DNA of 63,322 nt, filler included, from Trichosphaerium sp. ATCC 40318 (GCA_038496445.1; 3 parts of 3 records of this genome joined end to end with filler, not necessarily neighbours in it), one strand, 5' to 3'. Positions 37,831 to 51,040 are shown, numbered from the whole stretch's first letter. Notes: generated by a model not told the origin, from the letters alone. Numbers and translations: made by a program.

Positions 37831-39686
37831 TTTATAGTTAACGCTTGAAAGGGGCGCTAACAAGTTGAAAATAGTAGTTAGTGAATAGCACTGTTATTGC
37901 AGGTCAAATCCATAGTTTTTGCATAGCAAATCCTTTTTTTTCTTCGGTCAAAGGCAACAATCACGTTAATACGTTATTGTTTTTCCGTCGTATAGAAAAA
38001 CCATGGGTATTGATTATACAACAATACCATTGAACTAAGGCTTTTTTTGTTGCAAAGTTTCCAAAGAAATTGTAGTAGATACTACCTTTTCATAATCTAC
38101 AAGCTATATAATCCGTAGTCCCAGAGCTTCCTTAGGTAGTAAAGTGTCATCTGAAGTACCTACAATACGTGATATTGTACCGACAAGATATTGGAGTTGA
38201 GGTGTTTTTGAACTATGTAGCAATGCTTACAGCAGTGGGTTGCTTAGATTGTGATCGAGTTCACAAATATATTACGAGGAAAGACTCTTCTCTTGCCTAT
38301 ACATTAACGTATTTCGAATATGTCCCTGATGATCTTTCTTGAGCTTGTGTAGATTGCTACATAGATACAAGTGACCACCCTGTTTAGCGATTTCCTAACG
38401 TGTACAGCCTTCATTGTGTTATGTACAATCCAAAGAGTTCTGTACAGCTTAAGGGTTCTTAAGGCAGTGACGCTAACCGACAGCATACATCAAGTGGAAA
38501 CAACGCCAAGACTATATTCAAATTATCACTATACGTTTGTACGTTGACGTCACGTTTTGTAAACTCACTTTTTTTTCAAAGGTTATTTGGCTTTAGCGCT
38601 ATTTTTCTACGTATTGTTGGGCTTGCTTGAATGTTATAGAGCTCTGCAAGGTTTTGAGAGATTGTTCCCTAAGCAGTACGTTTAGATTTTGAAGAAACCG
38701 TATTTGAAACCCACCTTACATCGGAAGCTGGTTTTTTTTTTTCGCCGGTTTTTGACTAAAAAACCACGTGATACTTGTTTTTTTCTTATAAAGATGTGAG
38801 AGCACAAAGTAGGCTTTAACCACGTTCCAAGCTACTACGTTCATTTTAACAATCTATTTGAAAAAAATTGAAAACAGCTTTTGTAGTGAGATATTGTAAC
38901 CGTTCTACAACCATTCCTTGAGGTCCTAACTGCCGGCGTCTCAGCAACTGAACTCATCAAATTACAAAATTATGATAAATGGTCTTACTTCAAACTCGGG
39001 CTATTTCTACGCGTGCAAAGTGATTATAAGAGTATAAGATACTGTTGATGATACTCTGTGATGAATCAGCTGCAACGCATAGCTTTGCTTGCCTTCGTGC
39101 GGCGATTTTGTGTGATTTGTGAGTTAGCCTGTAGGTGTCGCTATGCGCCAATACGTATGAAATACAAGTTGGCTCTGTTAGGATCAAGGTGAAATTGTTT
39201 TGAAGCTGGCATTCGTGAGCAATGGATGTCTTCACTATCCGCGTCACTTTGACCTTTTGAAATCCTCAAATATCCCTTCATCCGCGGATTAATCTCTTCC
39301 TCCATTTCGACCTAATAGATGTGGATTGTTACCGGCTACAAAAATTCATAACCGAACGTCCAAAATCAGAATTTTATGAGAAATGTTTTGTACGTCACTT
39401 GGTACTTTTTGACAGTATCTGGTTCCATTTTTTAAAGTCAGGTATAAGCAGTTATAGCGGTTATGAGAATTATCATTACAGGTTTTACTTTCCTCTCAAT
39501 TTCTTTGCAGCATACAATTCCGTGTCTATTCCAAAGTATTTAGTGTTAACCTGGGTGAAGAATTTTTTATATCTACTTTTGTATTTTGACATCTTGTTTA
39601 CAAAGAACAGACAAAAACTCTCAAACATTTTTTCCCTCTCTATGATCTTGTTATTAATTTTTTTTTAGATTAAAAATAGCAAGATT

Positions 39687-41180
39687 ATGTCTTCTCGTTC
39701 TTCCTCTCCATCCTGTATGAGTTTATTGGATATCCCGTGTGAACTTCAACAGTACATTTGTACTTTCAACAAAGAAGTATTCACGAAGTTCCATTCTCTA
39801 TCAAAAAGAGCAGCAATCAACACACATTTTGATGAAGCATTAGAGAGAAAAGGAAAATGGATCGGATGGTATAACAGTGGTACTGTACAGGTCCACGAAT
39901 ATGCAAAAAATGGACTTGGCAACATGTGGTATGAGAGCGGAGCAAAAAGTGCACAGTACATGGTCTGTAATGGCAAAATAGAAGGAAAATGTACTAAGTG
40001 GTATGAAAATGGACAAAAATTGGAACAAACAATGTGGGTTGCCAATAAAATGACTGGTGAAGGCAAACAGTGGTACGAAAATGGACAAATGTTGACACAA
40101 ACAATGTATGTTGATGATAAAATAACTGGTGAGCACAAAGAGTGGTATGAAAATGGACAACTTCATGTTCAAGAAATGTGGGTTGACGATAAACTAAATG
40201 GTGAATGCAAAGAGTGGTATGAAAATGGTCAATTAAAGGCACAAACAATGATGGTTGATGGTAAACAAAATGGTGAGCACAAAGATTGGTACAAAAATGG
40301 TCAACTAAAGACACAAACAACGTTCATTGATGGTAAACCAAATGGTGAATACAAAGGGTGGTATGACAATGGACAACTAAAGGCACAAGCAATGTATGTT
40401 GATGGTAAAGAAAATGGTGATCACAAAGATTGGCACAAAGACGGACAACTTAAGACACAACAAATGATGGTTGATGGTAAAAACCATGGTGAAAGCAAAG
40501 AGTGGTATGAAAACGGACAACTTAAGGTACAGATAATGTATGTTGATGATAAAAGAACTGGTGAATACAAAGAGTGGTATGAAAATGGACAACTTCATGT
40601 TCAAGAAATGTGGGTTGACGATAAACTAAATGGTGAATGCAAAGAGTGGTATGAAAATGGTCAATTAAAGGCACAAACAATGATGGTTGATGGTAAACAA
40701 AATGGTGAGCACAGAGTTTGGTACAAAGACGGACAACTTAAGACACAACAAATGATGGTTGATGGTAAAAACCATGGTGAAAGCAAAGAGTGGTATGAAA
40801 ACGGACAAATTATGACACAAACAATGTATGTTGATGATAAAAGGAATGGTGAAGGCAAAGGGTGGTATGATAATGGCCAACTTAAGGTACAGATAATGTT
40901 TATTGATGGTAAACGAAATGGGGAATACAAAGATTGGTACAAAGATGGACAACTTAGGATACAACAAATGGTGGTTGATGATAAAAACCATGGAGAATAC
41001 AAAGAGTGGTATGAAAACGGACAACTTATGACACAAACAATGTATGTTGATGGTAAAAATAATGGTGAATACAAAGAGTGGTATGACAACGGACAATTAA
41101 AGACACAAGCAATGTTTGTTGATGATAAACCAAATGGTGAGGTCAAACACTGGTATAAAGATGGACAACCATTGCGCTAG
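39687..41180 (+). CDS. F-box-like + ~18 MORN-variant (YwqK-like) 24-aa repeats, intronless ORF, 497 aa
   Basis: SLLDIPCELQQYICTF, then repeats of GExKEWYENGQLxxQxMxVDGKxN. Confidence 0.88.
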   Translation: MSSRSSSPSCMSLLDIPCELQQYICTFNKEVFTKFHSLSKRAAINTHFDEALERKGKWIGWYNSGTVQVHEYAKNGLGNMWYESGAKSAQYMVCNGKIEGKCTKWYENGQKLEQTMWVANKMTGEGKQWYENGQMLTQTMYVDDKITGEHKEWYENGQLHVQEMWVDDKLNGECKEWYENGQLKAQTMMVDGKQNGEHKDWYKNGQLKTQTTFIDGKPNGEYKGWYDNGQLKAQAMYVDGKENGDHKDWHKDGQLKTQQMMVDGKNHGESKEWYENGQLKVQIMYVDDKRTGEYKEWYENGQLHVQEMWVDDKLNGECKEWYENGQLKAQTMMVDGKQNGEHRVWYKDGQLKTQQMMVDGKNHGESKEWYENGQIMTQTMYVDDKRNGEGKGWYDNGQLKVQIMFIDGKRNGEYKDWYKDGQLRIQQMVVDDKNHGEYKEWYENGQLMTQTMYVDGKNNGEYKEWYDNGQLKTQAMFVDDKPNGEVKHWYKDGQPLR

Positions 41181-41949
41181 ATATGTGGGTTGACAATAAA
41201 CTGGTGAAGTCAAAGATTTGGATGAAAACAGACAACTTATAAAAAATGTGAAGATAGAGGACAAAAAGATATTAGATGTAACCCAATAAAGTGTTAGAGC
41301 ACATCACTATGATATCAAGTTAATATATTTAACAGTTGTACTATAGAAGGAACAATTGCTCAATAGACACCTGCTATAAACGGATCAAAAAGTCACGTGT
41401 ATGAATAAGTAAGAAGTATTTCTAAGTTTTGCTATTGTCTACATGTGCTTTCTTATTGCTCTCACGCCTCTGTTCAGTGAGTAGATAGCCTAAATTCTTT
41501 TCATCCTTTCCAAGTTCACGACGTTTTTTCTACATTAGACGTTATGCAAGAGCGCTATAGAGGCTTTCCAGTAGCGCGTACTTGTAAAAACTGGTCAAAG
41601 CAAAACAACGCAGTATGACCCCATACTGCCGCTAAAAGGCTCATTCAATCCCCTTTGCACTAGAAATTGCTTTAAGACGTATGTAAAGGGCGCCAAAGCT
41701 CGAAACTTCTTCATTAAACCTCTGATTATTTCTGTATTTTCTCTGCCATTAATTATATTAAAACTAACGTCAACCTTGCACCTTAGCTCGCTTTCAATGT
41801 AATGTCCACATTTGTCCCGACTGGAATTGACCAGAACAATAAAGACATCTTTACTTTCTTACAATCGTTGTACCTTTTCTCTCATTATATCAATGTCGAA
41901 AGGGTTCCATGAAACATCAACTTATTTCGAGTCTCATAAAAGTTTATAC

Positions 41950-42312
41950 TAACGCCCTTCCGTTATGAATACAAGCATTATTCATATTCATTGTCCGTAA
42001 GCCATATTCATTATTATTCGTTCATGAATATTCATGGGCGTTTGGTTATTCAGGATGTTGAGGAGCTTTTGGTTTGTAGCACCTAGAGATGTTCCAAATG
42101 GATAGATTCAACAAGTTACATTTGAAAACCGAATCGGAATAGTCAACATAACACCAAAACCCAAATCCAGTCAAAATCAGCCATCAAATTGCACAATTTT
42201 CGACCGTTTACTGTGTGCATGAATAGCGAATGAATTTTTTTAGTCGTGAATATTTGTGAATGTAGGCTGTATTTGAATATTCAAATTATTCGTTCATAAC
42301 GGAAGGGCGTTA
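41950..42312. mobile_element. hAT-type MITE, 363 bp
   Basis: Perfect 20-bp TIR TAACGCCCTTCCGTTATGAA (41950-41969 / 42293-42312); 8-bp TSD GTTTATAC (41942-41949 / 42313-42320); subterminal ATTCAT/GAATA repeats. Confidence 0.92.
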
Positions 42313-43289
42313 GTTTATACCCAATGTATCAATACATTTATTGTAGGTTTATTGAAGATGATACTGTATCTCTCTTATGAAGGGTTCACTAGCAAGCATA
42401 TGCAAACCATAGATGACTACTTCCAAAACACACTTTTCTTTACGTCTACATGTCAACAAGCGAGTAAATGTAGATGTTCGGTTCGGCCCTTTGCTTTGCA
42501 ATGGGCAATAAATATTTACCTTCCCTCTCCTAAGGTATGCTATTGGTGGTATAGTATTTTTTGGACCATTCGACTTCGACATATGAATGTCTTCTTTTGG
42601 GTAAAGTTTCAGTATTTCTCCCGAAATTTCGGTAGTTTCGCAGTACTTTGAGGTTGGTAGCAGTAATTTGAAATTGGCAAATATGCAGTACATACTATTA
42701 GATAGTATTTCCTATTCAAGCGACTATTGGAAAAACGTTGTTGGAATCGATTTTCAGAAAAATTCGAAAAAAAAAATCCACATGTTTGTTACTATTTACA
42801 GTATTTATCTAGATAAATAAAAAGCGTTTTGTATTGATTATTGTTGATTACTTTGTTATTTCGCATATACTGTAACTTGAAAACGAATTGGAGTACTTGA
42901 AAATACGAAAAGCTGAAAAACACAAAAAAATCCAATTACCGTAATCAATCCGCTTCTAATTACACTTTGTTGCCACTAATATTATAAGTAATAGATAGAA
43001 GATACTTAAGAGATAGTTATGGTATAAAAATAAGACTGACTATTTATAATTATCAGAAAATGAAATGCCGAAAAGTGATACTTAGGAATATTTATTTTCT
43101 ATTTTTTCAACTTTCTATTGATACATTTTTACAGCCTGGTTTTTTGCTTAATATACAATGGGACTATACCCATACACCCGAAAACTAGCATTACAAACAA
43201 TGCTTCTTATTCTAACTCAATTTGTTATCAATCAAATCGTCCAAACACCCAAACGTCCAACGTTCTAGCATTTTTTCTGTTGACCACTT

Positions 43290-43960
43290 TCAAGCTCTTA
43301 GCGCCTGTAGTTGTGATAAATCATCAAGCGTAGGGCTTGCTTTTTCACTACTTAGCAAACCTTCGCTAATAGTAGAAATAGAAACCTCTTCAGTATTACC
43401 CACACCGCTCTGTTTGGCGACGAATTCAGTGAATAAATCGTATTGTAAAAGATGTGTAATTTCATCCCTTGAGTTATCAAATAATTCCAAATCACCCTTC
43501 TGATAGCTATTTTGTATAGCCTTAAATAGTATATAAGGACTCAGAACGATAAACGAAGAAAAGAAAAAAAAACTGCACACTTTACGTTGTGCCGTTTTAA
43601 ATACTCTGGAATTCAAGTTTTACGCCATATACGTACAATTCTTTGCTCGTATGGAATATTTACCGGTTCGGGACACTTTGCGAGGTCAATCCATTTTTGA
43701 AAGATACGCTTCGCTAGCAGCTTACGCTTTCTCTACTCTCTGTTCGCTCGTATAAAGCTATTTGTATAAAATTAGAAAAAACATCTGCGACGGTCCATTT
43801 TTGTTGTTTTGAGTCTACGTACCAACTGCTGTTAGGAAAGCAAGGTTTTCACCAGCCATATTGTATCTTACGAACTCTCTGAACTTTAAAAACAGGTCTT
43901 CGTCTACAAACAACTTTTTCCATTCATCTGATACTGACGGTAGTTCTTGAGGCGTAGGAG
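43290..43960 (-). CDS. RGS domain exons (upstream hydrophobic exons may extend to ~46400)
   Basis: DEDLFLKFREFVRYNMAGENLAFL, LAKRIFQKWI...PEPVNIP, LFDNSRDEITHLLQYDLFTEF. Confidence 0.75.
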
Positions 43961-46613
43961 GTATTCTAAGCGATTTTCTAGAAACAGCTCTTCGGAAAAA
44001 AAAGTCAGCACAAAGTTATGGCGTGTAAACGGCGTGATAATAAGCTTACAACACTCTAGTAGTAAAAACAAGAGTTTTGTAGAGAAGCATTCACGGGAAA
44101 AGCCAAAAAAACTGGAAAAGTTGTTTACCTTCTACATGCCTTTAAACATCGTGATATTGATTTACTGGTACTCCTCTTTCTACTTCTCATAGTCTAAGCA
44201 GATAGGAATGAAATTTGTAGAAAAGTTGTTATGATAATATGCAATTGCACTTTTCTTCCGTTTTTTTCGTATGATTTCTTACGGTTTTTTACCGCAAAAT
44301 CTGAAATTTCACCAAACAGTCAAGAAACGTCTTCGGAAAATGTTTCTCGCTCTTCCACGAACCCATTTTTCTGTATTTATTATTACCTTTACAGTCTGTA
44401 CATTGTGAATGTTTCCTAAAAATGAATTTGATTTTGGTAATGTCGGAAATGTCACGAAAAGGTTACGTCAACATTCTCGGAGTCTGGATTTTTGTTTTAT
44501 CCTTTTTTGGAACACATCAACATTTTTTGAGTTTGGTGTTTAAGTATAGTATACATATGATACTGTTTATGATGGTTATTATGTTTCCATTCATTTGAGA
44601 AACCAAAGAAATGATGGAGTGTAGTTTTTTTTTAGCTTCTTTTTCGAGCAATGGAACTTCTTTATCCCGTTTTGTCGAATACGTATAGTACCAATTTTCG
44701 CTCTGCAAACTAAACATGTATTGCACTATGTATTGAAACATTCTTAGCTTCATTGGTATGAAAGGAAACACGTGTACACGGGGTTAGCAATCCCAAAAAA
44801 ATCCCAAAAAACAAAACGCTATCATTTGCTTATGTAGCAGCTTTGTATTTTATTTAACGTCCCTTGTTAGAGTTTAATGGCGCCATAAATAGTCCGTATT
44901 TACCGCAGTACGAAGGCGATAACGTGACAAAGTTAGAAGTCTGTAAAACCTCTTCGAGTGACCCACTAATCACGATATAACGATAACTGTTCTGCTGCGC
45001 AACACTTCATTGCAGAGTTCATTCCAATAGAAATATTTCTATGCGTAATGCATACAGTTAATTTGACACCCATAGAGGTTAAATACAAACTTGTACAGAA
45101 GTTGTCTAAACTAAGAGAGTGACTTCCTTTTTTGGAATTTTCAGTATTACCAAGAGTTCCGAAAGCATAAAACAGAAATATGCATACGTAGTAGTTTCAC
45201 GCTAAAATAATTACCAATCTCTAGAAGCAGGTATTTAAAACCATGCTTACACTCACAGTTGTTTACAAAACTTTCTATTCGAAAAAAAAGAGAAAACTCT
45301 AATTTTAGACATATCTCCTGTACTTTTTGTCAGAGGCTCAATTCAAGTGACTAGTTATCATACATGGACATTCGAGGATCGTTAAAAGTTCAGAAAGCGC
45401 TCAGAACGCTTGTTTAAAAGTGGTTTTTATTCGACTTTTTGGTTTTCTTTCCAGCCTAGAAAACAATTCTTCTTTTGAATCACTTTCATCGTTTACTATT
45501 TAGTTAATTACTTCATCAAACTATTCTAAGTACTTACGATTGTTGCTAATTACTTAAAAAGACCGTATTTGGATGAAAATCAGCAGTTATGAGTTGTATA
45601 ATGCCAAAATTAGAAACCTGCAACAATTTTTTTTAACATTCTGATCGTCACACGATCTCACTGACTACAACAGTTAAACAACACTTCGTACGTATGACCT
45701 AATTAACTATAGTTTCAACAATTTCTTGCAACACTCAGATTTAATGACACTATTCACGTGCACGTTACAACACCTTATTCCGGTAAGAAACATTGTTGGA
45801 GAAATACTCAAAAAAGGGTTAACGGACTACAAATGCAATGATTTCGCGTCGCCGAAAGAAAAAATTAATTCGTATCAATTATCTCAAGTAGTGTTATCTT
45901 GTTGAGCCACCATTGAGTTGGAAATCGTACGTCTCCAGTGGATAATTACTTTCCTTTGTATCGCTGCATTAATATCCATACATAAAGGTAGCATATATTC
46001 CATAAGGGGGCAAGTAATAAACAGAAGTTGCGACGGCAATACCGCAGCTTAACGATAATCCCATTTTTGAGTTCCTCATAACCCAAACAATTCCCATGCC
46101 TCATATTAATACTGAATAGGCGCTGGTAAATACATTGAATTTTTGCTTGGGTAACGAAGTGTAGGCTCACAGTGATGCAAAAACGAGATTAAAATAGAAA
46201 AGTGCAGAATACAGAATGGTACACTTTTGATTCTTCGTAGAAAATATCCACCACAGTGCTGCTGAAAGGTTAGATTAACAGTAGAACATTTACAGTACAT
46301 CCAAAACCAGTATTTTCGGAAAACTAGCCTGCTCAGGTTTAAGACACCTTTCAAAGAAACAAGAGTCAGAAATACAGGTAATCTATTACACCAGTTTATT
46401 TTAAAGCTTTTGCACTTTTAGCATCATTGCGCTTATGAACGCACACAAAGTAGTACAAGAATGCAAGCCATTGATTTCTATGATTTCAAAACATTGAAAG
46501 CTGTTTGAACTTACGTGGTGACTCCGGAGAAACAAAAAAAAAAGAATGTGATGTGAACAAACACGTGTTTGTCCAGAATCATGTTCAATCCAAAAGATGT
46601 GTATACTCTTCTT

Positions 46614-47503
46614 TTACATCATAACACAACGTCTTTTTGTTTTACTAGGCTTAGGTTCTTCCTGTTTTAAACGTTTTGACATCTCCCGCACAAGTTGGTG
46701 AAAAGCTTCTTCAACGTTAACACTTGTTTTAGATGACGTCTCAAAAAAAGTTTATGTGTTGTGCAAGCTCTTGACCTTCAGATGCTTCCACTTTCTCTCT
46801 TCTTTGAGATCATTTACCACCAACTAATACAGCACAGTGGTACTCTGGGCCCTTAATCCTATCAACAGAAAGTGAGATGATTGACCTTAATCAGTCTCTG
46901 AAAAAATTGTTTGAACCACGTGAGTTTTTTGGTATCTTGCTCTGAGCACGTACTCGGTAATAACCTTGAAATACTTTGGTATTTCCTCAAATGTGCTGCG
47001 GTCTATAGTGGAATACATAACAAGATACCCTTCCCCGGAACGGACGCTCTAAAAAACCAAAGTTAAAAACCTTGCTGCTGAAACTCCTTCCGAAAATGCA
47101 AGCACTCTGGAGCTGTATGTGAGCATTGAATTGTAAACGCTTTTTCAGAACTAGCATGCATATTGTTATACATCGTATAGACCATTATGTACAAGCATAG
47201 TTTCGCCCACCCATCCAAGAAAAAATCAAAAAGAAGAAAACGTGTCAAAAAATATTTACCATATCAAGCAGTACAGGAGGCTCCCTCTTCCTGCTGTATC
47301 AAGAATATCCATCACCACTGTATCATCATCTACTTTGACTTGTTTACGGAATCTAAAATGAGTGTGGGTCTTTGTTTTGTCGAAAACCAGTTAACAAGCC
47401 TCAAAATAGCTTAAAACTGTCTAAAACCGCGTACGAATCTTCTATTGTTGGGTTCGTATTCACCAACAAACTGGTCTGTTACCAATCGCATCGACAGGCA
47501 TGA
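46614..47503 (-). CDS. Ras-family small GTPase, 5' truncated at the gap, with apparent indels
   Basis: FVGEYEP(T)IEDS, MDILDTAG, GEGYLVMYS, VLVGK, ETSSKTSVNVEEAF, C-terminal RRCVMM* CAAX. Several 1-nt indels, probably errors near the contig end. Confidence 0.8.
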
Positions 47504-47603
47504 NNNNNNNNNNNNNNNNNNNNNNNNNNNNNNNNNNNNNNNNNNNNTTAATTAATTAANNNNNNNNNNNNNNNNNNNNNNNNNNNNNNNNNNNNNNNNN
47601 NNN
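47504..47603. other. Artificial contig linker (N44-TTAATTAATTAA-N44)
   Basis: Same design as 16290-16389. Confidence 0.98.
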
Positions 47604-47679
47604 TTTTATAAAGATCTTACCGTGTAATCTATTTTTACTATTTGGTATTCATTTTAATTATTCATTGGTCGTTATTTAG

Positions 47680-49173
47680 GTTTGTTGGGCAGATCTCACT
47701 GTAGCTTGGTTGTTGGATAAAATGACAACCGATTCTGTTGATAAACGTCAAGCTTTCACTTATTTTGTTGCTTCTCTTCATGCTCATGGAAAAGCTGTCG
47801 AGTTTATGAAGACTTTAGCTAGTGTGGAAATTGGAAGAACAGGTAAGCTTGATGAACTAGTTCACGAGTGGTAACATTCTTTGAAGATTCTGCAATGGTT
47901 TTGTTCCGAGGGAGATCTTCATTTACTTTGTGCTTGGATGCTTTAATGCGGCTCTTATGCCATGATTTACTCAAAGTTACTTTACAATATCACGTCAGAG
48001 ATGCTTGTAAAGTAGAAAATAGTAAAGCTGTACGTGAAACGTTGGCAAATGCATGTTGAACTAGCTTTAAAAAATTATACTTCTTTGTGTTGACGATGTC
48101 ATTAGGTTGTTTGTAAAGATCAGAAAAAGAAAACAAGGGATGGTAAAAAGCTACTTAAATATGTTAATGATATGTGGCAAAGTATAGTTGCTTACGATCA
48201 TGTCATGCCTAGGTACTTGAGATTTTTGTGTTTTTTTTTCGTTCAAAGAAATTAACAACCACTTTAGTGCGCTCAGAGAAATACTTCGATATGTGTAAGC
48301 CACCCAGTTTGTGGAGTTTTTTACTTGTTGCCACGTGCTACTGATTTTGAAGTATTTGTTAGTAGTTAATGATTTTATTGTAGGCGAGATGTCACAGTAA
48401 AAAAATGGCCAAATGAGCCTAATATTGATACTTGCGTTGTTACAAATTTATTGTTTCTTCGATTTTATTGTCCGGCTATTATAGAACCTAGTGTTCATGG
48501 CATTTCTGAAGGTGCTATTTCAACGCAAATGCATTTGAAAGAAAAAAAATTTACTTTGAAAAAAACACGTGATTTTCACGTGCTCTTCAGAAATTTGTGA
48601 CAACATTAAGTTAATCGATTTTGTTATAGAGAGGCCTGTGGCTGCTGAAAAGACACTAATGCTTGTATCGAAAGTGTTGATGAATCTAGCAAATTTACGA
48701 AAGAAAATGAAAACACAAGAAGATGATGAGTTCGCAAAAGATTTCTTAACAGCGAATGTACCTGAGATGAAAAAGTATATTAACAAAGTCTTGGTACGTA
48801 CTATATTATATATCAATTGATGTAATCCTAATTGTTTGTTGTTAGGCAAATCAAAGTGGTAAGAGAAGTCGATTTGTCTCATTTTTTTTCTTGTTCTTTT
48901 TTTTCTCTTTCTCACTTTGTTTGTTTTTAGAAGATCCTACTCCTGTAATGAAGGTACAAAATAGAGAGATTGATTTTTGTGGTGCTATGGCTGGACTGCA
49001 AACAATGTTTTTTGAGCACATTGATGCTATCAAGAAGGAACCGCAGGTGAACACTTTAAACTTTCTAGTTAAGGTAGCCACGTATCTATTTCTAATGTTT
49101 TACTTAGAGCCCACAACTCCAAGAACTTCAATACCATGTTGCACATATCCAACGCCTTTTGTACTTCAAATGA
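47680..49173 (+). CDS. RasGAP domain protein, probably 5' truncated
   Basis: LFRGRS (arginine finger), LLFLRFYCPAIIEP (FLR motif), TLMLVSKVLMNLAN. Confidence 0.88.
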
Positions 49174-49330
49174 AGTAAAGATGTCTAAGAATGTAAATAA
49201 AGCCAATGTAAATAGTGTGAAAATGTTTTGTCTGTGCATAGATGTTCAGTTTTTGTATCCGGCAACGCAAACTAGGGGCGGAGTACTCAATGCATTATAA
49301 AATAGCTACTGGATAATCAAACTCTTGCTA

Positions 49331-51040
49331 TCAAGCAACGCAATGGAAGTTGCAAACACATTTCGCCAAATAAGCTGTGAGTTGATTGAAAACTGGTAAA
49401 TTGTGCCGTGGATTTGAGGAAAATAGGCGAAAAATGAGAAAAGGGTCAATATCAAATGGTTGATCACAGCAATGTTGATCAAGGGATGCGGACTCCTCTC
49501 CTTTAAAATGTATTTTAGAAATCACGTGTTGTCAATTATGGTTACCTAGCGAAGGCCACAACCAGCTTACATTGTGGTTAGTCCAACACTGTTAGGAATA
49601 CAAAGTAGCTTAACCAGAAAAGCATTTACTGCAAATTGAGGTTGTATAGAAGCAACTTGGATAGTTGATCTTCGTAGTGGGTATGGGAAAATTGTCTGTC
49701 TGTCATGGATGGTACAAAGTAAATCACAACAAGAGCAATAATGATCTATAAAAGTCAGCTTCAAATCAACAAGAATATTATCACATACCAATAATAGAAC
49801 ACCAACAGAAATACCTAACAACATACCAACATTGATTGTTCCCGCTTTGTTCCCACAACTGTCAGGTCTTGATGTCAATACAAATACCCTAGATCATCAG
49901 GGTCAAGTTGTTTAAGTTTTATTGTTGTCTAGTTGTCAAGTGACGTACGATGAAGGAATCCGCTCAAGCGTTGCCAAAACACATTCTGTTGAAACAACTG
50001 TAAAATTGCCTTCAATACAGTTACTGTTACTTCGTATTACTTCTTCTCTATTTCTACCACTTGTGGTGACATTCTCACTGGTAAAATCAATGATGAACGT
50101 TGTATTTGGTGGTACCACAACACATCCTACAATACAAAGTCAATATCCAATAACCATACTTGTTTACCTGTAACTTCAAGAAATCCTCCTGGAGCAATTG
50201 TAACAGTTCCTGAGTGAATAAAGTCACCGTCTATAGTCAATGTAGTAGATAATATCGATTGATTTGGTATAGTAGTTGTCTGAGGAACAACAGGCTCTGA
50301 AGGTGCAATGTAAGAGTTAAATATTATTGTTAACTTAGTATAAAATTCTTACTACTATACTCTTCATTCTTGCAAGTAACTACAAAATAGCGTCAGATAC
50401 TGTAAATAGATTACAATATTACCAGTTGTGTTGCACTCTTCAAATAAAGCATTGCTAAAGCAGTCACCAGTATCGCACGTGTGAGTACTTTCTGTATCAG
50501 CACAGGAAAACACCATACTGGCTTCTACTACGGGATGAGCTATTAATAATATTTTTGTGGATACCATTATTGTGTTCATTAGAAACTCTTGTATTTCTAA
50601 ATAGACGTAAAAAAACTGCAGTACAAATGATAGCTGTTTACCTTACTGTGATAGCTGCATTTTCACCTAACAACAAAGGAGTGCTTGGAACAGTTACGTT
50701 ATTCATTCTATACAAAGATGTTGGCAAAGAAAATTAAATTCCAAAATCAGTACGCACGTGCAAGTGTTATTCTCAAATACACAAGAGTCTACAAGTATCG
50801 CACTACTATCTCCAACGTAATTCAAAAACTCTATTACAAACATATGTTACTATTGTAATCAAGTCGGTACCTTTGCACATAGTTCTCTCCTTGTTTCTCA
50901 CAAAAGTAGAGTTTGAGATTTCTACATCTTTGGAATAGGTACACAATAGCGGAGTTTAATAAAAACTAACCTAAAGTAGTGCCAAGACCTTACTGTATCC
51001 GATAACTCCGAATGCAAATTTCAAAACCCAATGTCCGTTA
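49331..51040 (-). CDS. Cys-rich single-pass surface protein (hypothetical, multi-exon)
   Basis: Spliced beta-rich Cys-containing exons and a TM segment VGMLLGISVGVLLL. Boundaries approximate. Confidence 0.5.

Noticed and set aside
38990-39247. Possible transposase remnant ORF
   Set aside because: No DDE motif or TIRs could be identified.
39746-41146. Long antisense ORFs over the MORN gene, and similar shadow ORFs over pol and the mucin repeats
   Set aside because: By-products of repetitive coding sequence on the opposite strand or frame.
46614-49173. Ras gene next to a RasGAP gene as a functional cluster
   Set aside because: They are on different contigs separated by the artificial linker.
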